From Octopus bimaculoides (taxonomy: Eukaryota): DNA of 64,000 bases. Below are positions 12,344 through 23,645 of the stretch, one piece after another. Within the stretch, counting starts at the first letter, position 1. Each line of letters opens with the position of its first letter. Under the pieces are notes generated by a model, which did not search any database, had not been told where the DNA came from, and was given only the letters and a program-made list of their open reading frames with translations. The translations under genes and the position numbers were made by a program. Location: NCBI RefSeq assembly GCF_001194135.2, contig NC_068988.1, positions 42,655,467 through 42,719,466 on the forward strand, given 5' to 3'.

Positions 12344-12706
12344 TGTTATGAAAGACTTGTGACGGAGAATCTTGAAATTGTTGAAAAGTCTGGAGACGTT
12401 GAATATATTTTGTCAACCCCCTGTCAGGAGCAGGTTCCAATGAAGGTTGACTGGATTACAGAGGTTGTCAGTCGTGACAAAGTCATCATCTTGCTTGTTA
12501 ATTATGCCTTCTTGCTTGTAGTAGTTGCCAGTTTCATGATTTTTCTCCTCTACCTAACGCAAGACCTCTCCCCAAATATCAACTGGTCGGCATCACTGAT
12601 GCTCTTAGCTGCAGCTTTTGTTATAGCTAATATGTTTCTGGCCAGCTACATTGTCCAAGTGCTACATGTACGTAATGAACTGCCCATGATATACTTTCAG
12701 TCTTGA
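12344..12706 (+). CDS. Unknown small membrane protein with two predicted TM helices (88 aa from ATG 12440; frame open from 12344)
   Basis: 363-nt open frame in unique sequence. Hydrophobic segments VIILLVNYAFLLVVVASFMIFLLYL and WSASLMLLAAAFVIANMFLASYIVQVL. Strong acceptor tctcttttctttcttccAG at 12330. No family recognised. Confidence 0.55.
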   Translation, partial: CYERLVTENLEIVEKSGDVEYILSTPCQEQVPMKVDWITEVVSRDKVIILLVNYAFLLVVVASFMIFLLYLTQDLSPNINWSASLMLLAAAFVIANMFLASYIVQVLHVRNELPMIYFQS

Positions 12707-12773
12707 AAGTTTGTCATCTGTTCTGTCAACCTAATCCTCTTCCATCCATATCATTTTATTTTTGTCTTCACAA

Positions 12774-12880
12774 GTGAGAAATTACAATCAAGTTAATTGG
12801 ACCAGTTTGTTTTAGTATTTACTAACGCATACATATTGATGCTTGGTACACTCATACATTTGTTCTTTCTCTCGCTTTAG
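12774..12880 (+). other. Candidate 107-nt intron between the small ORF and C9orf72
   Basis: Donor AA|GTGAGA (12774), branch point TACTAAC (12820-12826), polypyrimidine tract, and the first AG after the branch point is at 12879-12880. Confidence 0.55.
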
Positions 12881-13070
12881 ATACTAATATATATATGTTT
12901 TTGTATGTGAATATTAATCTTATTCTATCTGGATTACACTTATATTTATGTGTATATATGTGAATATATAATGGAAGATAATTCCAAATTAATTCAAATA
13001 AAGATAAAATTAGGTGATACATTATAAACGTTTTAATAAGAAAGTTAAAATTTTAGCTTCATCCATTACC

Positions 13071-13646
13071 ATGGAGACACAAGCTAACAAAAATGACACT
13101 TACATTTCAAGTTTGAAAATCAAACCTGACTATTCACATTCTTCTCACTTATCCCCACCACAAAATCTTCTTTACCCCACGGACCAAAGCAAACAACTGG
13201 ACCCAACTGCTTCCTCATTACTGAGTCCTTGTTCAAAATATACAGTGTCACAGCTTGTGGACAGCGCACAGATCCTTGTCTCAACATTTGTGTTCAGTCA
13301 CTGGGACAACATCCTTGGACCTCGAGTTGAGCAAGTGTGGTTCAATGGTGAGGCTCTTCTGCTCGATCAAAGCACCCTTCTGCAGATCTGTAAGCAAGGT
13401 TTAGCTGGAGAACTATGTCGGGACTTAAGCAGCAGTATTACTGATTGGCGCATCCATACCATTCCGGACAAAAATGTTGCTGCGGTTGTATTTGTGTTCA
13501 GTGCTAATGGAACCAATGGCCTTTCTTTACATAGCTTCACTTTGATTATACAGTTGGACCAACTTGAATATTTTCTCCACCTCTCCGATCTTATCTACAG
13601 CTGGATTAGCCGGATGGTTGGTAAACTACGTGTACTTCTTGAGAAG
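13071..13646 (+). CDS. C9orf72: C9orf72 orthologue, coding exon 1 (192 codons)
   Basis: ATG in accATGg context after acceptor ttttAG (13056). STFVFSHWDNILGPRVEQVW matches the C9orf72 hallmark FAYWDNILGPRV. Donor AAG|GTAAGC, phase 0. Confidence 0.95.
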
Positions 13647-14099
13647 GTAAGCAATCTATATCATTTCTTTTCTCTTTCTATTTATCTATATTGCTGGTGA
13701 CCTAATAAACAATGCAAGTGAGTGTCAGGAAAGCAAAGTAGTCAGTTTAAAAGGTTCAGGGATCTCTTAACTCTATTGGCATTGAAAAGTTTCTTTCTTT
13801 GAGTGTAAGGCAGATATAGGTTGGTTGGTCAGCCTGAGACTAGAGAAGAAGGTACTTACCCAGGGTGCCATGTAGTAGGACTGAACCCAAAACCATGTGC
13901 TGGGAAGTGAACTTCTTTAACCACAAGCCATGCCTGTAGCTCAGTTATTTAATAATAAAGATTTTTTTTTATATGGGCACAAATTCAGAAATTCTGTGGC
14001 GTGAGAACAATCAATTATATTGATTCCAGTACTTCACTGTTACTTGTTTTATCAACAAATGAGATCAGCATTGGTGAGATTTGAATTCAGAACTTATAA

Positions 14100-14335
14100 A
14101 AGGCGGTGAGCTGGCAGAAATGTTAGCGCACTGGGCGAAATGCTTAGCGGTATCTCGTCTGTCTTTACGTTCTGAGTTCAAATTCCGCCAAGGTTGACTT
14201 TGCCTTTCATCCTTTCGGGGTCGATAAATTAAGTACCAGTTACGCACTGGGGGTCGATGTAATCAACTTAATCCCTTTGTCTGTCCTTGTTTGTCCCCTC
14301 AATGTTTAGCCCCTTGTGGGCAATAAAGAAATAAG
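14100..14335 (+). mobile_element. SINE family B (Deu/Nin-like core), young copy nested in an older antisense copy
   Basis: aggcggtgagctggcagaaatgttagc...gttgactttgcctttcatcctttcggggtcgataaattaagtacc. Flanks are pieces of a - strand family B copy. Domain name from recalled consensus. Confidence 0.8.
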
Positions 14336-14699
14336 AACTTAAAGAGGTATAATTCAATACTGGGTGGCATTTTTTATTTGATGTCCTAACATTTCTGTCA
14401 ATCCATTACGAGTTGTAAGGATTTTTAACATAGGCACAGAGTCACATGTGACGGATGCTGTTGTTTTGACATCAATACTTGATTAGTACTTTATTTTATT
14501 CACCTTAGAAGAATGATGGTGAAGAGGACACAGAGGTTTCAAATGGGGGCATGACTAAATACTGCAATGTATGGGTTTATTCCATTGCTATACTAATTCT
14601 TGGGTTGCCCTTAATATCTAGTGTAAACATGAGATCACATAGCTTTGAGCATGGAGCAGTTGAACTGATTGATCTTAAATATGTAACTATTACCTATTG

Positions 14700-14925
14700 A
14701 TATCAAATTTTGGCACAAGGCCAGTAATTTCGGAGGAGAGGGTAAGTTGATTACATCAATCCCATTTTATTGATTCTGAAGAGATGAAAGGTAAAGTCAA
14801 CCTTGGTGGAATTAAAACTCAGAACAGAAATACAAATGAAATGCTGGTAAGCATTTTGTTCTGCATGCTAATGATTCTGCCATCTTGCTCTCTTGATGAT
14901 GATGATGATGATAATAATAATAATG

Positions 14926-14960
<35 letters not shown>

Positions 14961-15405
14961 CTGTTCTACTTTAGGCATAAAGCCTGAAATTTTGGTGGAA
15001 GAGGGATAGTCGATTACATCAACCCCAGTGTTCAACTGCTACTTATGTAATTGGCTCTGAAAGGATGAGAGGCAAAGTTAGCCTCGACGTAAATTGAACT
15101 CAAAATATAAAGAGGGATGAATACTACTAAGTATTTTGTCTGGTGTGCTAACGATTCTGCCAGCTCACCACCTTTAATAGTAATAATAATAATAATCCCT
15201 TCTACTATAGACACAAGGCCTGAAATTTGCGGGGAGGGGATAGTCAGTTACATTGACCCCAGTGTGTAACTGGTATTTATTTCATCGAACACTGAAAAGA
15301 TGAGAGACAAAATCGACCTTGGCGGAATTTGAACTCTGAACATAAGGACAGACAAAATGCTGCTCTGCATTTTGCCCAGCGTGCTAACAATTCTGCTACC
15401 TTGCC

Positions 15406-15452
<47 letters not shown>

Positions 15453-15605
15453 TGTTTCTAATTTAAGCCCAAAGGTCAGCAGTTTTGATTGGAGGGCATT
15501 AGTCAATACTATTGACCCCCACCCCCCAATACCTGACTGGTGCTTTATTTTATCAACCCTGAAAAGATGAAAGGCAAAGTTGACTTTAGTGGGATTTGAA
15601 CTCAG
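14700..15605 (-). mobile_element. Train of four family B SINE copies separated by (AAT)n/(GAT)n
   Basis: Copies at about 14700-14890, 14960-15175, 15195-15405 and 15450-15605, all in the same orientation. Confidence 0.8.
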
Positions 15606-15644
15606 AACATAAAGAACCATAAAAAAAAAATGAACAAAATAAAT

Positions 15645-16035
15645 AGGTGCAGGAGTGGCTGTGTGGTAAGCAGCTTGCTTACCAACCACATGGTTCTGGA
15701 TTTAGTCCTACTGCGTGGCACCTTGGGCAAGTGTATTCTACTTATAGCCTCAGGCCGGCCAAAGCCTTGAGTGAATTTGGTAGATGGAAACTAAAAGAAG
15801 CCTGTCGTATATATGTGTATGTTTGTGTGTCTGTGTTTGTTCCCCCATCGTCACATGACAACCAATGTTGGTGTGTTTACGTCCCTGTAACTTAGCGGTT
15901 CGGCAAAAGAGACCTATAGAATAAGTACTAGGCTTACAAAGAATAAGTCCCGAGGTTGATTTGTTTGACTAAAAGGCAGTGCTCCAGCATGACCACAGTC
16001 AAATGACTGAAACAAATAAAAGAATAAAAGAATAA
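15645..16035 (+). mobile_element. SINE family A, full length
   Basis: tRNA-like head ggagtggctgtgtggtaag..., central ccttgggcaagtg block, (TG)n, and tail ending gaaacaaataaaagaataaaagaataa. Confidence 0.9.
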
Positions 16036-17972
16036 ATGAATTAAAATATATTGTTTGCATGAAAAAAGTAATTGAAATTTTCTTCTCCTACATACATAAA
16101 TGGTACAAAGGAAAGATAATTATTCACTAACAAAAGCCACCCAATAGATGAAAAGAGTTCATTCAAGCTGATAGATGTCTGATTCTAAATTCTATAGAAT
16201 GATAGAATAATTGTAAGGTAATTCTTTTCACTCTGTAATCCTTATATTTACACGTAAAAACAAATGAAACAATAGACCATGTTCATTATTAAATTAAATT
16301 CATTTCAATATTTAGGTATTTAATGAGTGTTAGCATGGCAATGTGACTAACAAATTCACTTTGCAACAGTGGGCCTCTTAAGTTCAATCCCATAGCACAG
16401 CACCTTGGACAAGTGTCTTCCATCAAAGCTTTTGGGTTGGCTAATGCCTTGTGACAGTATCAGTTAAGTACTGGGGTCAATATAATTGACTGGTCTCTCT
16501 CTACAAAATTCCTGACTTTGTGCCTATTTAAGAAAACCTTTATCAATAAATGATAGCAGTGCAGGCATGGTTGTATGGATTATGAAGTTCACTTTCCAAC
16601 CGCATGGTTTTGGTTTCAGTTCCCATTGCATAACACCTTGGGCAAGCAAATGTCTTCAACTGTGTGTGTCCTGACAATAACTGTAAATGAGTGGAAGATG
16701 ATAAAAGGTGTGGATGTCCCTCCCCACTCTCTGTATGTATGTATGTATGTGTGTGTGTATGTATGCATATATATATATATGGGAGAATATACAAATAATA
16801 ACAACAGACGAGGACAGGTGGTGTAAATAACAAAAGTATATATTAGTAAAGGAATTTATATGTAATGACCATTATTTTTAACTTGTCTCTTATATATCAT
16901 TCTGTAAAAAACAGTTTATCTGAAGCCCATCCATGGATTTACAATATAGAATTGTGATGAACCATAACTTGGGACCCTACCAAAAGATTACTGGGAGTTT
17001 TTTTGTTATCTTGGTCTGCCTACAGAGAGCTCATGAAGTATTTTGCTTGGATTGATAATTCTTCACTATTTGTTCTGTGTGTGTGTGTGTGTGTATCTGT
17101 ATATGGCTATATGGTTAAGGCAAGTGTCTTCTGCTGCAACCTTAGGCTGTCCAAAGCATCCAGCCATAAAAAAGAAATCTGTCACACAAAAAGTACTAAA
17201 CACACACACACACACACACACACATCTACACAACTATGTGTAGGTAGTGTTGTTAATAAGTTTGCTTCTCAACCATGTGGTTTCAGGTTCAATTCCACTG
17301 CATGATACTCTGGGCAAGTGTCTCGTGTCTTCACCTGTGATATTGTGAGTGAACAAACAAAAGGAAGTTGAGAGAAATTTGGCAGAAGTTAACCAATAAT
17401 ATCAACAACAGCAACAACTTATTGATGTTATTGATTAACCTCAATAAGTGATTGGACATACTCAATGGTGCATAATGGCACAAGAGTGTCTGATTGAAGA
17501 GTATTTGATCATTTCTACCAGTCTCCATCTACCGTCACATTTCCAATGTGGAGCATGTTAACCTTAGATGTCACACTTAAGACCTGTTTATGATTCCTCT
17601 ACCTCAGCTTATAAAGAGAGATCTTACATCTATATTGATTAGGTGTAGACGCTACATGTAAGTTCTCAAGCTGATTTTATATCTGATACTTCGTCAATAA
17701 ACAAACCCATCTGCTGTTTGGGAGTGACCCACAAATTTTGTACATGTAATTTTAGTTAAATTTCAGTGTATAATTAAACATTGACAGGCATACTATTGTA
17801 AGTGTTAAGACTATACAAACTTGGACACTATTTTAAAGAGAGTAAGGAAATTGTTCAAAAAAGATTTGTCTTGAAGAGGACTATGGGACTTGTTCTGTGC
17901 AGTTCCTATTTCATATAAATGAAGTGTTTGTTGTTGGATATTTGGCTGCTGTGTTGAACAAGTTGAACCTTT

Positions 17973-18179
17973 ATTATTCAGATTACTCTTTCAAATGTAA
18001 TACTTATTTATATTGTTTTGAGTTGATCATACATTATCTCATAACTTTGACATTTTATACGATTATTTATTTTGAGAATGATATAGGGTAGGTGTGTGAG
18101 GCCAGATCTGGCAGATTTGTGCATAAACCAAGTAGAATATTTGGGTTGGATACAGCCAGTTTAAATGCTAAAGGGTTAA
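17973..18179. mobile_element. TTAA-terminated (piggyBac-like) MITE family copy
   Basis: Ends aatgctaaagggTTAA. Same body as 36481-36701 and 42286-42482. Confidence 0.65.
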
Positions 18180-18426
18180 GGAACTACGTAGATGCTCTGT
18201 TGATGATTCATAGTGTCCGTATTATGAAGATAATGTGGATCTTGTGAAAAAATTTAGCTATTATGTGGGATAGGTTGAGGAACTACATGTAAGATGTTTT
18301 GGTGGTTTGTGTGCCCCCTCCCTGCCATAAACATTTGAGGATTTAGCTGCTGCTTTGAGCAGGTTCATTGACCATGTAGAAGCTTTCTGACTGCAATTTT
18401 TTTCTACATTCTTCTGTCTGTTACAG

Positions 18427-18528
18427 GATTCTAGAAATGAAGCTCTGTCTGTATTTACATCTTACCTGTGTAATTTTACAGAGATGCTGCTATCTTTGAG
18501 TGAAGCTAAGCTACCAACTGAAGTTGAA
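18427..18528 (+). CDS. C9orf72: C9orf72 coding exon 2 (34 codons)
   Basis: ttacAG|DSRNEALSVFTSYLCNFTEMLLSLSEAKLPTEVE|GTAAGT, aligning to vertebrate MELLSSMKSHSVPEEID. Phase 0/0. Confidence 0.9.
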
Positions 18529-18689
18529 GTAAGTAAAACAAAGTTTTATGTTTCTAGTCTGTGTGTGCATGCAAGATATGTGTTTATCTCCACATAGGTA
18601 CAGGTGTGGCTCTGTGGTTGAGAGGTCTGTTTCCCAACCATATGGTTTTTGTTTCAGTCCCATTGCTTGGCACATTAGTGTCTTCTGTT

Positions 18690-18960
18690 ATGGCCCTCTG
18701 AATGGATTTAGTGGTAATGATGATAGGTCATGTGATGCAGATGGATGCCAACAGCTCCATCTGTTGGCATCTCTCTCAAAGTGGATGGAAGTGCCATTCT
18801 CTCAAAGTGGATGGAACACATGGAAGTGAGAGACTCAGGAAGACATGGGACGAAGTACTGAAGAACAACCTCAGGACACTGAATCTTTCAGGTGAGATAA
18901 TGAAGAACCAAGATGCCTGGTGCCTTGCTGTATTCAAGAAAATCCGTACTCTGCAGCAGA
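18690..18960 (+). mobile_element. RTE LINE 3' coding remnant
   Basis: GHVMQMD...CHSLKVDGTHGSERLRKTWDEVLKNNLRTLNL, homologous to the 3' end of the RTE at 30230-31790. Confidence 0.8.
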
Positions 18961-21900
18961 ATTGTTAAGACTGATCGTTCTATTGGTGTAAAGCACTCAT
19001 GGTGACATGTAAAAGCCCCATGGAGTTCCACATAAAAACACTTGTGCGGTGCCACATAAAAGCATCCAGCATACTCTGTAAAGTGGTTAGTATTAGGAAG
19101 GACATCCAGCTGTAGAAACTGTCAGCACCAGTATTGCAGTCAAAACATCTTGTAATCACATGAGAGCATTTGTGTGTGTGTCTTTGTGTCTGTGTTTGTA
19201 CTCCACCATCGCGCGACAACGGATATTGGTGTATTTATGTCCATATAACTCAGTTGTTTTGGTAAAAAAGACCAATAGAATAAATACCAGGTTTAAAAAA
19301 AGAACTAGTGTTGATTCATTGGGTTAAACATTCCTCAAGGCAAGTGCTTCAGCATTGTTGCAGTCTAATGACTAAGACAGTGACACAACATAAACACAAA
19401 ACCATGTATGTATTTATTTCAGGCATCCACTCAGTTTCAGTCTAACAAATTCCACTTAAACAGTTATTGATCAACCTGGAAGTATGGCACAAGACTGTTG
19501 CCTGTGGTGCCATACTTAGAATTGAACTCAGAAATGTGTATTTGTGAAGCAGACATCTTAACTACATACTTATGTGTATACTTATGTACACACATACACA
19601 TATCATTATCATATATCACCATCATTGTCATTGTTTTAATGTTCATTTTTCCATGCTTGCGTGGGTTGGATAGTGCATGTTGCTGCAGATTTTCTATGGC
19701 TGGATGGCCCTCCTGTTGCCAACCCTCACTTGTTTCTGAGCAAGGTAATATTTCCCCATGAGCAGACATGTTTTCATGGAAGATTGGAAATGAAGGGCAC
19801 CACTTGCATGACAGTGGCATTCATTCACAACTAACATATAATGTCAAGTCAAAGCAACACAAGCTCTTTCTCTTTCTCACTCTCACACACACATATTAGC
19901 AATCTGTGTATCATACTTGAAGCGTATGTACTGATGAAAGCCTTCTAAATTGCAGTATTTGCCTTAAAAAAAGCATCCCTTATAGATGTATAATATTAAA
20001 AACATAAATTTATCAGCAGCAGGCAAAATTCATCAACCAACAGTGATGTCATTACTAAATCCAGATTTCTGCTTTTTTGAGGTTTCATCAGTAGCAAGTA
20101 TCCACTATCACTGCTTGACAAACATAAATTGGCTGCTAACTGATATAGCTAAATAGAGATTGAAAGGTCTTAGATGTCACACTTAACCAGCAGACTGGAT
20201 AAAAACCTAAATCCAGAACCATGTAGTTGGGAAAAACCTAAATCCAGAACTATGTAGGTGGTGTTTGCTTATTNNNNNNNNNNNNNNNNNNNNNNNNNNN
20301 NNNNNNNNNNNNNNNNNNNNNNNNNNNNNNNNNNNNNNNNNNNNNNNNNNNNNNNNNNNNNNNNNNNNNNNNNNNNNNNNNNNNNNNNNNNNNNNNNNNN
20401 NNNNNNNNNNNNNNNNNNNNNNNNNNNNNNNNNNNNNNNNNNNNNNNNNNNNNNNNNNNNNNNNNNNNNNNNNNNNNNNNNNNNNNNNNNNNNNNNNNNN
20501 NNNNNNNNNNNNNNNNNNNNNNNNNNNNNNNNNNNNNNNNNNNNNNNNNNNNNNNNNNNNNNNNNNNNNNNNNNNNNNNNNNNNNNNNNNNNNNNNNNNN
20601 NNNNNNNNNNNNNNNNNNNNNNNNNNNNNNNNNNNNNNNNNNNNNNNNNNNNNNNNNNNNNNNNNNNNNNNNNNNNNNNNNNNNNNNNNNNNNNNNNNNN
20701 NNNNNNNNNNNNNNNNNNNNNNNNNNNNNNNNNNNNNNNNNNNNNNNNNNNNNNNNNNNNNNNNNNNNNNNNNNNNNNNNNNNNNNNNNNNNNNNNNNNN
20801 NNNNNNNNNNNNNNNNNNNNNNNNNNNNNNNNNNNNNNNNNNNNNNNNNNNNNNNNNNNNNNNNNNNNNNNNNNNNNNNNNNNNNNNNNNNNNNNNNNNN
20901 NNNNNNNNNNNNNNNNNNNNNNNNNCATACATTCATACATACATACATACATACATACATACATACATACATACATACATACCCCTGCCCCTCTCATAAT
21001 TCCTTGTCTTGCGAGTTACTTGGTGACCCTGCCAGTGCTGGTGCTACATAAGAAGCATCCAGTTCACACTGTAAAGTGGTTGGCATTTAGAAGATCATCC
21101 AGCTGTAAAAATCATGCCAAAACTAACCTTACATGTGCTAGTGCCACGTAAAAAGCATTGACCCCACTCTGCAGAGTGGTTGGTGTTAAGAAGGGTATAC
21201 AACCATAAAGACCCTGCCAAAACAGATACAGTAGCATATTTTTTCCACCTTATTTTGCATTTATGTGCTCACCTGTGTATTTATATATATTATCATTATT
21301 ATTTAAAACAGTTTGATTTGGCCATGTGCAACTTCAAGTTTCATAGGCTTCATACAGAAACCTGTTTTAAATAATATATGTAACCCCTAAATGTGTTGAG
21401 TGCCTTTTTCTTTAATTTGTCCACTCACCTGTATATATACATATGTACACACATACACACACACACACACACACATATAGCTGATATATCAGATAATCGT
21501 CATCACAAATTGATGTTACCCGTCACTCTATTGATTAATTGATTAAGTGTATATAGAAGCTGATGACTTTCATGTATTGATTGTTAGAGACACACTGTGA
21601 TGAATTGATTTTCATCATTGAAGAGACTGGTGTTTTATGGTTGCAGGTAAGACTTGATTTGTGTGATGTGACATCACCTGTTTGCTTTATTTCTGTATCT
21701 CTCTTTCTCTCTCTCTCTCTATATGTGTGTGTGTGTGTGTGTTTTTGTGTGAGTGTGAGGAGGGTGTGTAGCCATGGTTACATTGACATCAGAGCAGGCT
21801 GGAACAGAATGGAACACTAGTTTGCCAAACTGTTGTTATGGTTGAAATAATGATTTTTCTTTTTTCTTGGTGGNNNNNNNNNNNNNNNNNNNNNNNNNNN

Positions 21901-22439
21901 NNNNNNNNNNNNNNNNNNNNNNNNNNNNNNNNNNNNNNNNNNNNNNNNNNNNNNNNNNNNNNNNNNNNNNNNNNNNNNNNNNNNNNNNNNNNNNNNNNNN
22001 NNNNNNNNNNNNNNNNNNNGGTTTGGGGGGGGGGGTTGTTTAGTACCTAATAAGTGAAAATGGGGTGGGTAGGTGGGGGATATTTGTATGCTGTGTCTGT
22101 TGAGTTAAATATTGTGGAGGTTTCCTGAGTCACGGAAAAATAATACAAGATTGAAGTTTAATTGATTTCCTTTTACTATTCCGCCCCACTTACTGCCACC
22201 TATTCCACTATCATCGGAGACATGTGTGCTGTCAATTGCTATTGGCCCCCTCCTACTCCCCACTGTGCTTTCTCCATAGTGGTGGCTTACAGCATAACAA
22301 AGAGAGTGTCTATTCAGAGGTAACAATAATAATGTTGATAAATCCTCCTCCTTCCACCAGTGCTACCTCTGTTACTACTACTACTACTACTACTACTACT
22401 ATACTATTGCTACTAATGGTTTCGAATTTCATCATGAAG

Positions 22440-23021
22440 CCAACAATTTTGATGTGAGGGGGGAAAGTTGATTGTATCAACCTCAGTACTTGACTGATCC
22501 TTTATTCTATTGACCCTTAAAAATGATGAAAGGCAATTGACTTCTGTAGCATTTGAACTCAAACTATATTTTATAGGCAGTGAGCTGGCAGTAATGTTAG
22601 CACACCGGGCGAAATGCTTAGCAGTATTTCGTCTGTCTTTACGTTCTGAGTTCAAATTCTGCTGAGGTCGACTTTGCTTTTCAACCTTTTGGGGTCGATA
22701 AATTAATACTGGGGTTGTTCTAATCGACTGCCCACCCCACTCACAAAATTTTGGGCCTTGTACCTAGAGTAGAAAAAAAACAACATTATTATTTTATTAT
22801 TATTAAGGTGGTGAGCTACTAGCAGAAACGTTACCACCCTGGACGAAATGCTTAGCGGTATTTTGCCTGTCACTCCATTCTGAGTTCTAATTCTGGCGAG
22901 ATTGACTTTGCCTATCATCATTCCAGGGTCGGTAGAATTAGTACCAGTTATGCACTGGGTTTGATGAAATTGTGTCACCTCTTCCCCCCAAAATTTCTGC
23001 CCTTGTGGAAAATTTTGAAAC

Positions 23022-23052
<31 letters not shown>

Positions 23053-23645
23053 TTCTTATTATTAAGGCATTGAGCTGGCAGAATTGTTAACATGCCAGGC
23101 AAAATGTTTAGCGGTATTTCATCCGTCTTTGCGTTCTGAGTTCAAATTCTGCCAAGGTCAACTTTGCCTTTCATCCTTTCGGGGTTGATGAAATAAGTAC
23201 CAATGAAACACTGGGGTTGATGTAATTGAGAAGCCCCACAACACTCCCTCGAAAGTTTCAAGCCTTGTGCCTATAGTACAAAAGGTTATTATTATAATCT
23301 ACCAGGGGGTTGGTATTAAGAAGGGCTCTTGTCAAACCATCCCATCTGTGCCAGCATGGAAGGCAGATGTTAAATAATGATGATTATCATTTTTATTATG
23401 ATTATCATCATCATTAATAACAATAATAATCCTTTCTACTGGAAGCACAAGGCCTCAAATTTGGGAGAAGGGATTAAGTCAATTACATCGACTCCAGTGC
23501 ATAACTGGTACTTATTTTATTGACCCTGAAATGATGAAAGGCAAAGTTGACCCCGGCGGAATTTGAACTGAGAATGTAGCAGCAGATGAAATGCTGCTAA
23601 GCATGTTGCCTGGCATGCTAGCAATTCTGCCAGCTCACCACTTAA
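22440..23645. mobile_element. Cluster of five family B SINEs in both orientations inside (TAC)n/(ATT)n tracts
   Basis: - copy ~22440-22560; + copies ~22575-22760, 22805-23010 and 23065-23290; - copy ~23430-23645. Confidence 0.8.

Noticed and set aside
3389-13056. A GGGGCC-like expansion equivalent to human C9orf72 intron 1
   Set aside because: No such array was seen in the sequenced part; two N-gaps in this interval cannot be assessed.
12707-13056. SECIS element for the in-frame TGA
   Set aside because: The only GUGA/AUGA candidates (e.g. 12774) give at most a ~6-bp helix and no proper AA loop. A SECIS elsewhere in the mRNA is not excluded.
13014-13070. ORF-track start at GTG 13014 and read-through to 13700
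   Set aside because: An acceptor at 13056, a good-context ATG at 13071 and a consensus donor at 13647 define the exon better.
20201-20262. 31-bp tandem duplication aaaaacctaaatccagaac
   Set aside because: Only two units, next to a gap inside a SINE fragment; uninformative.
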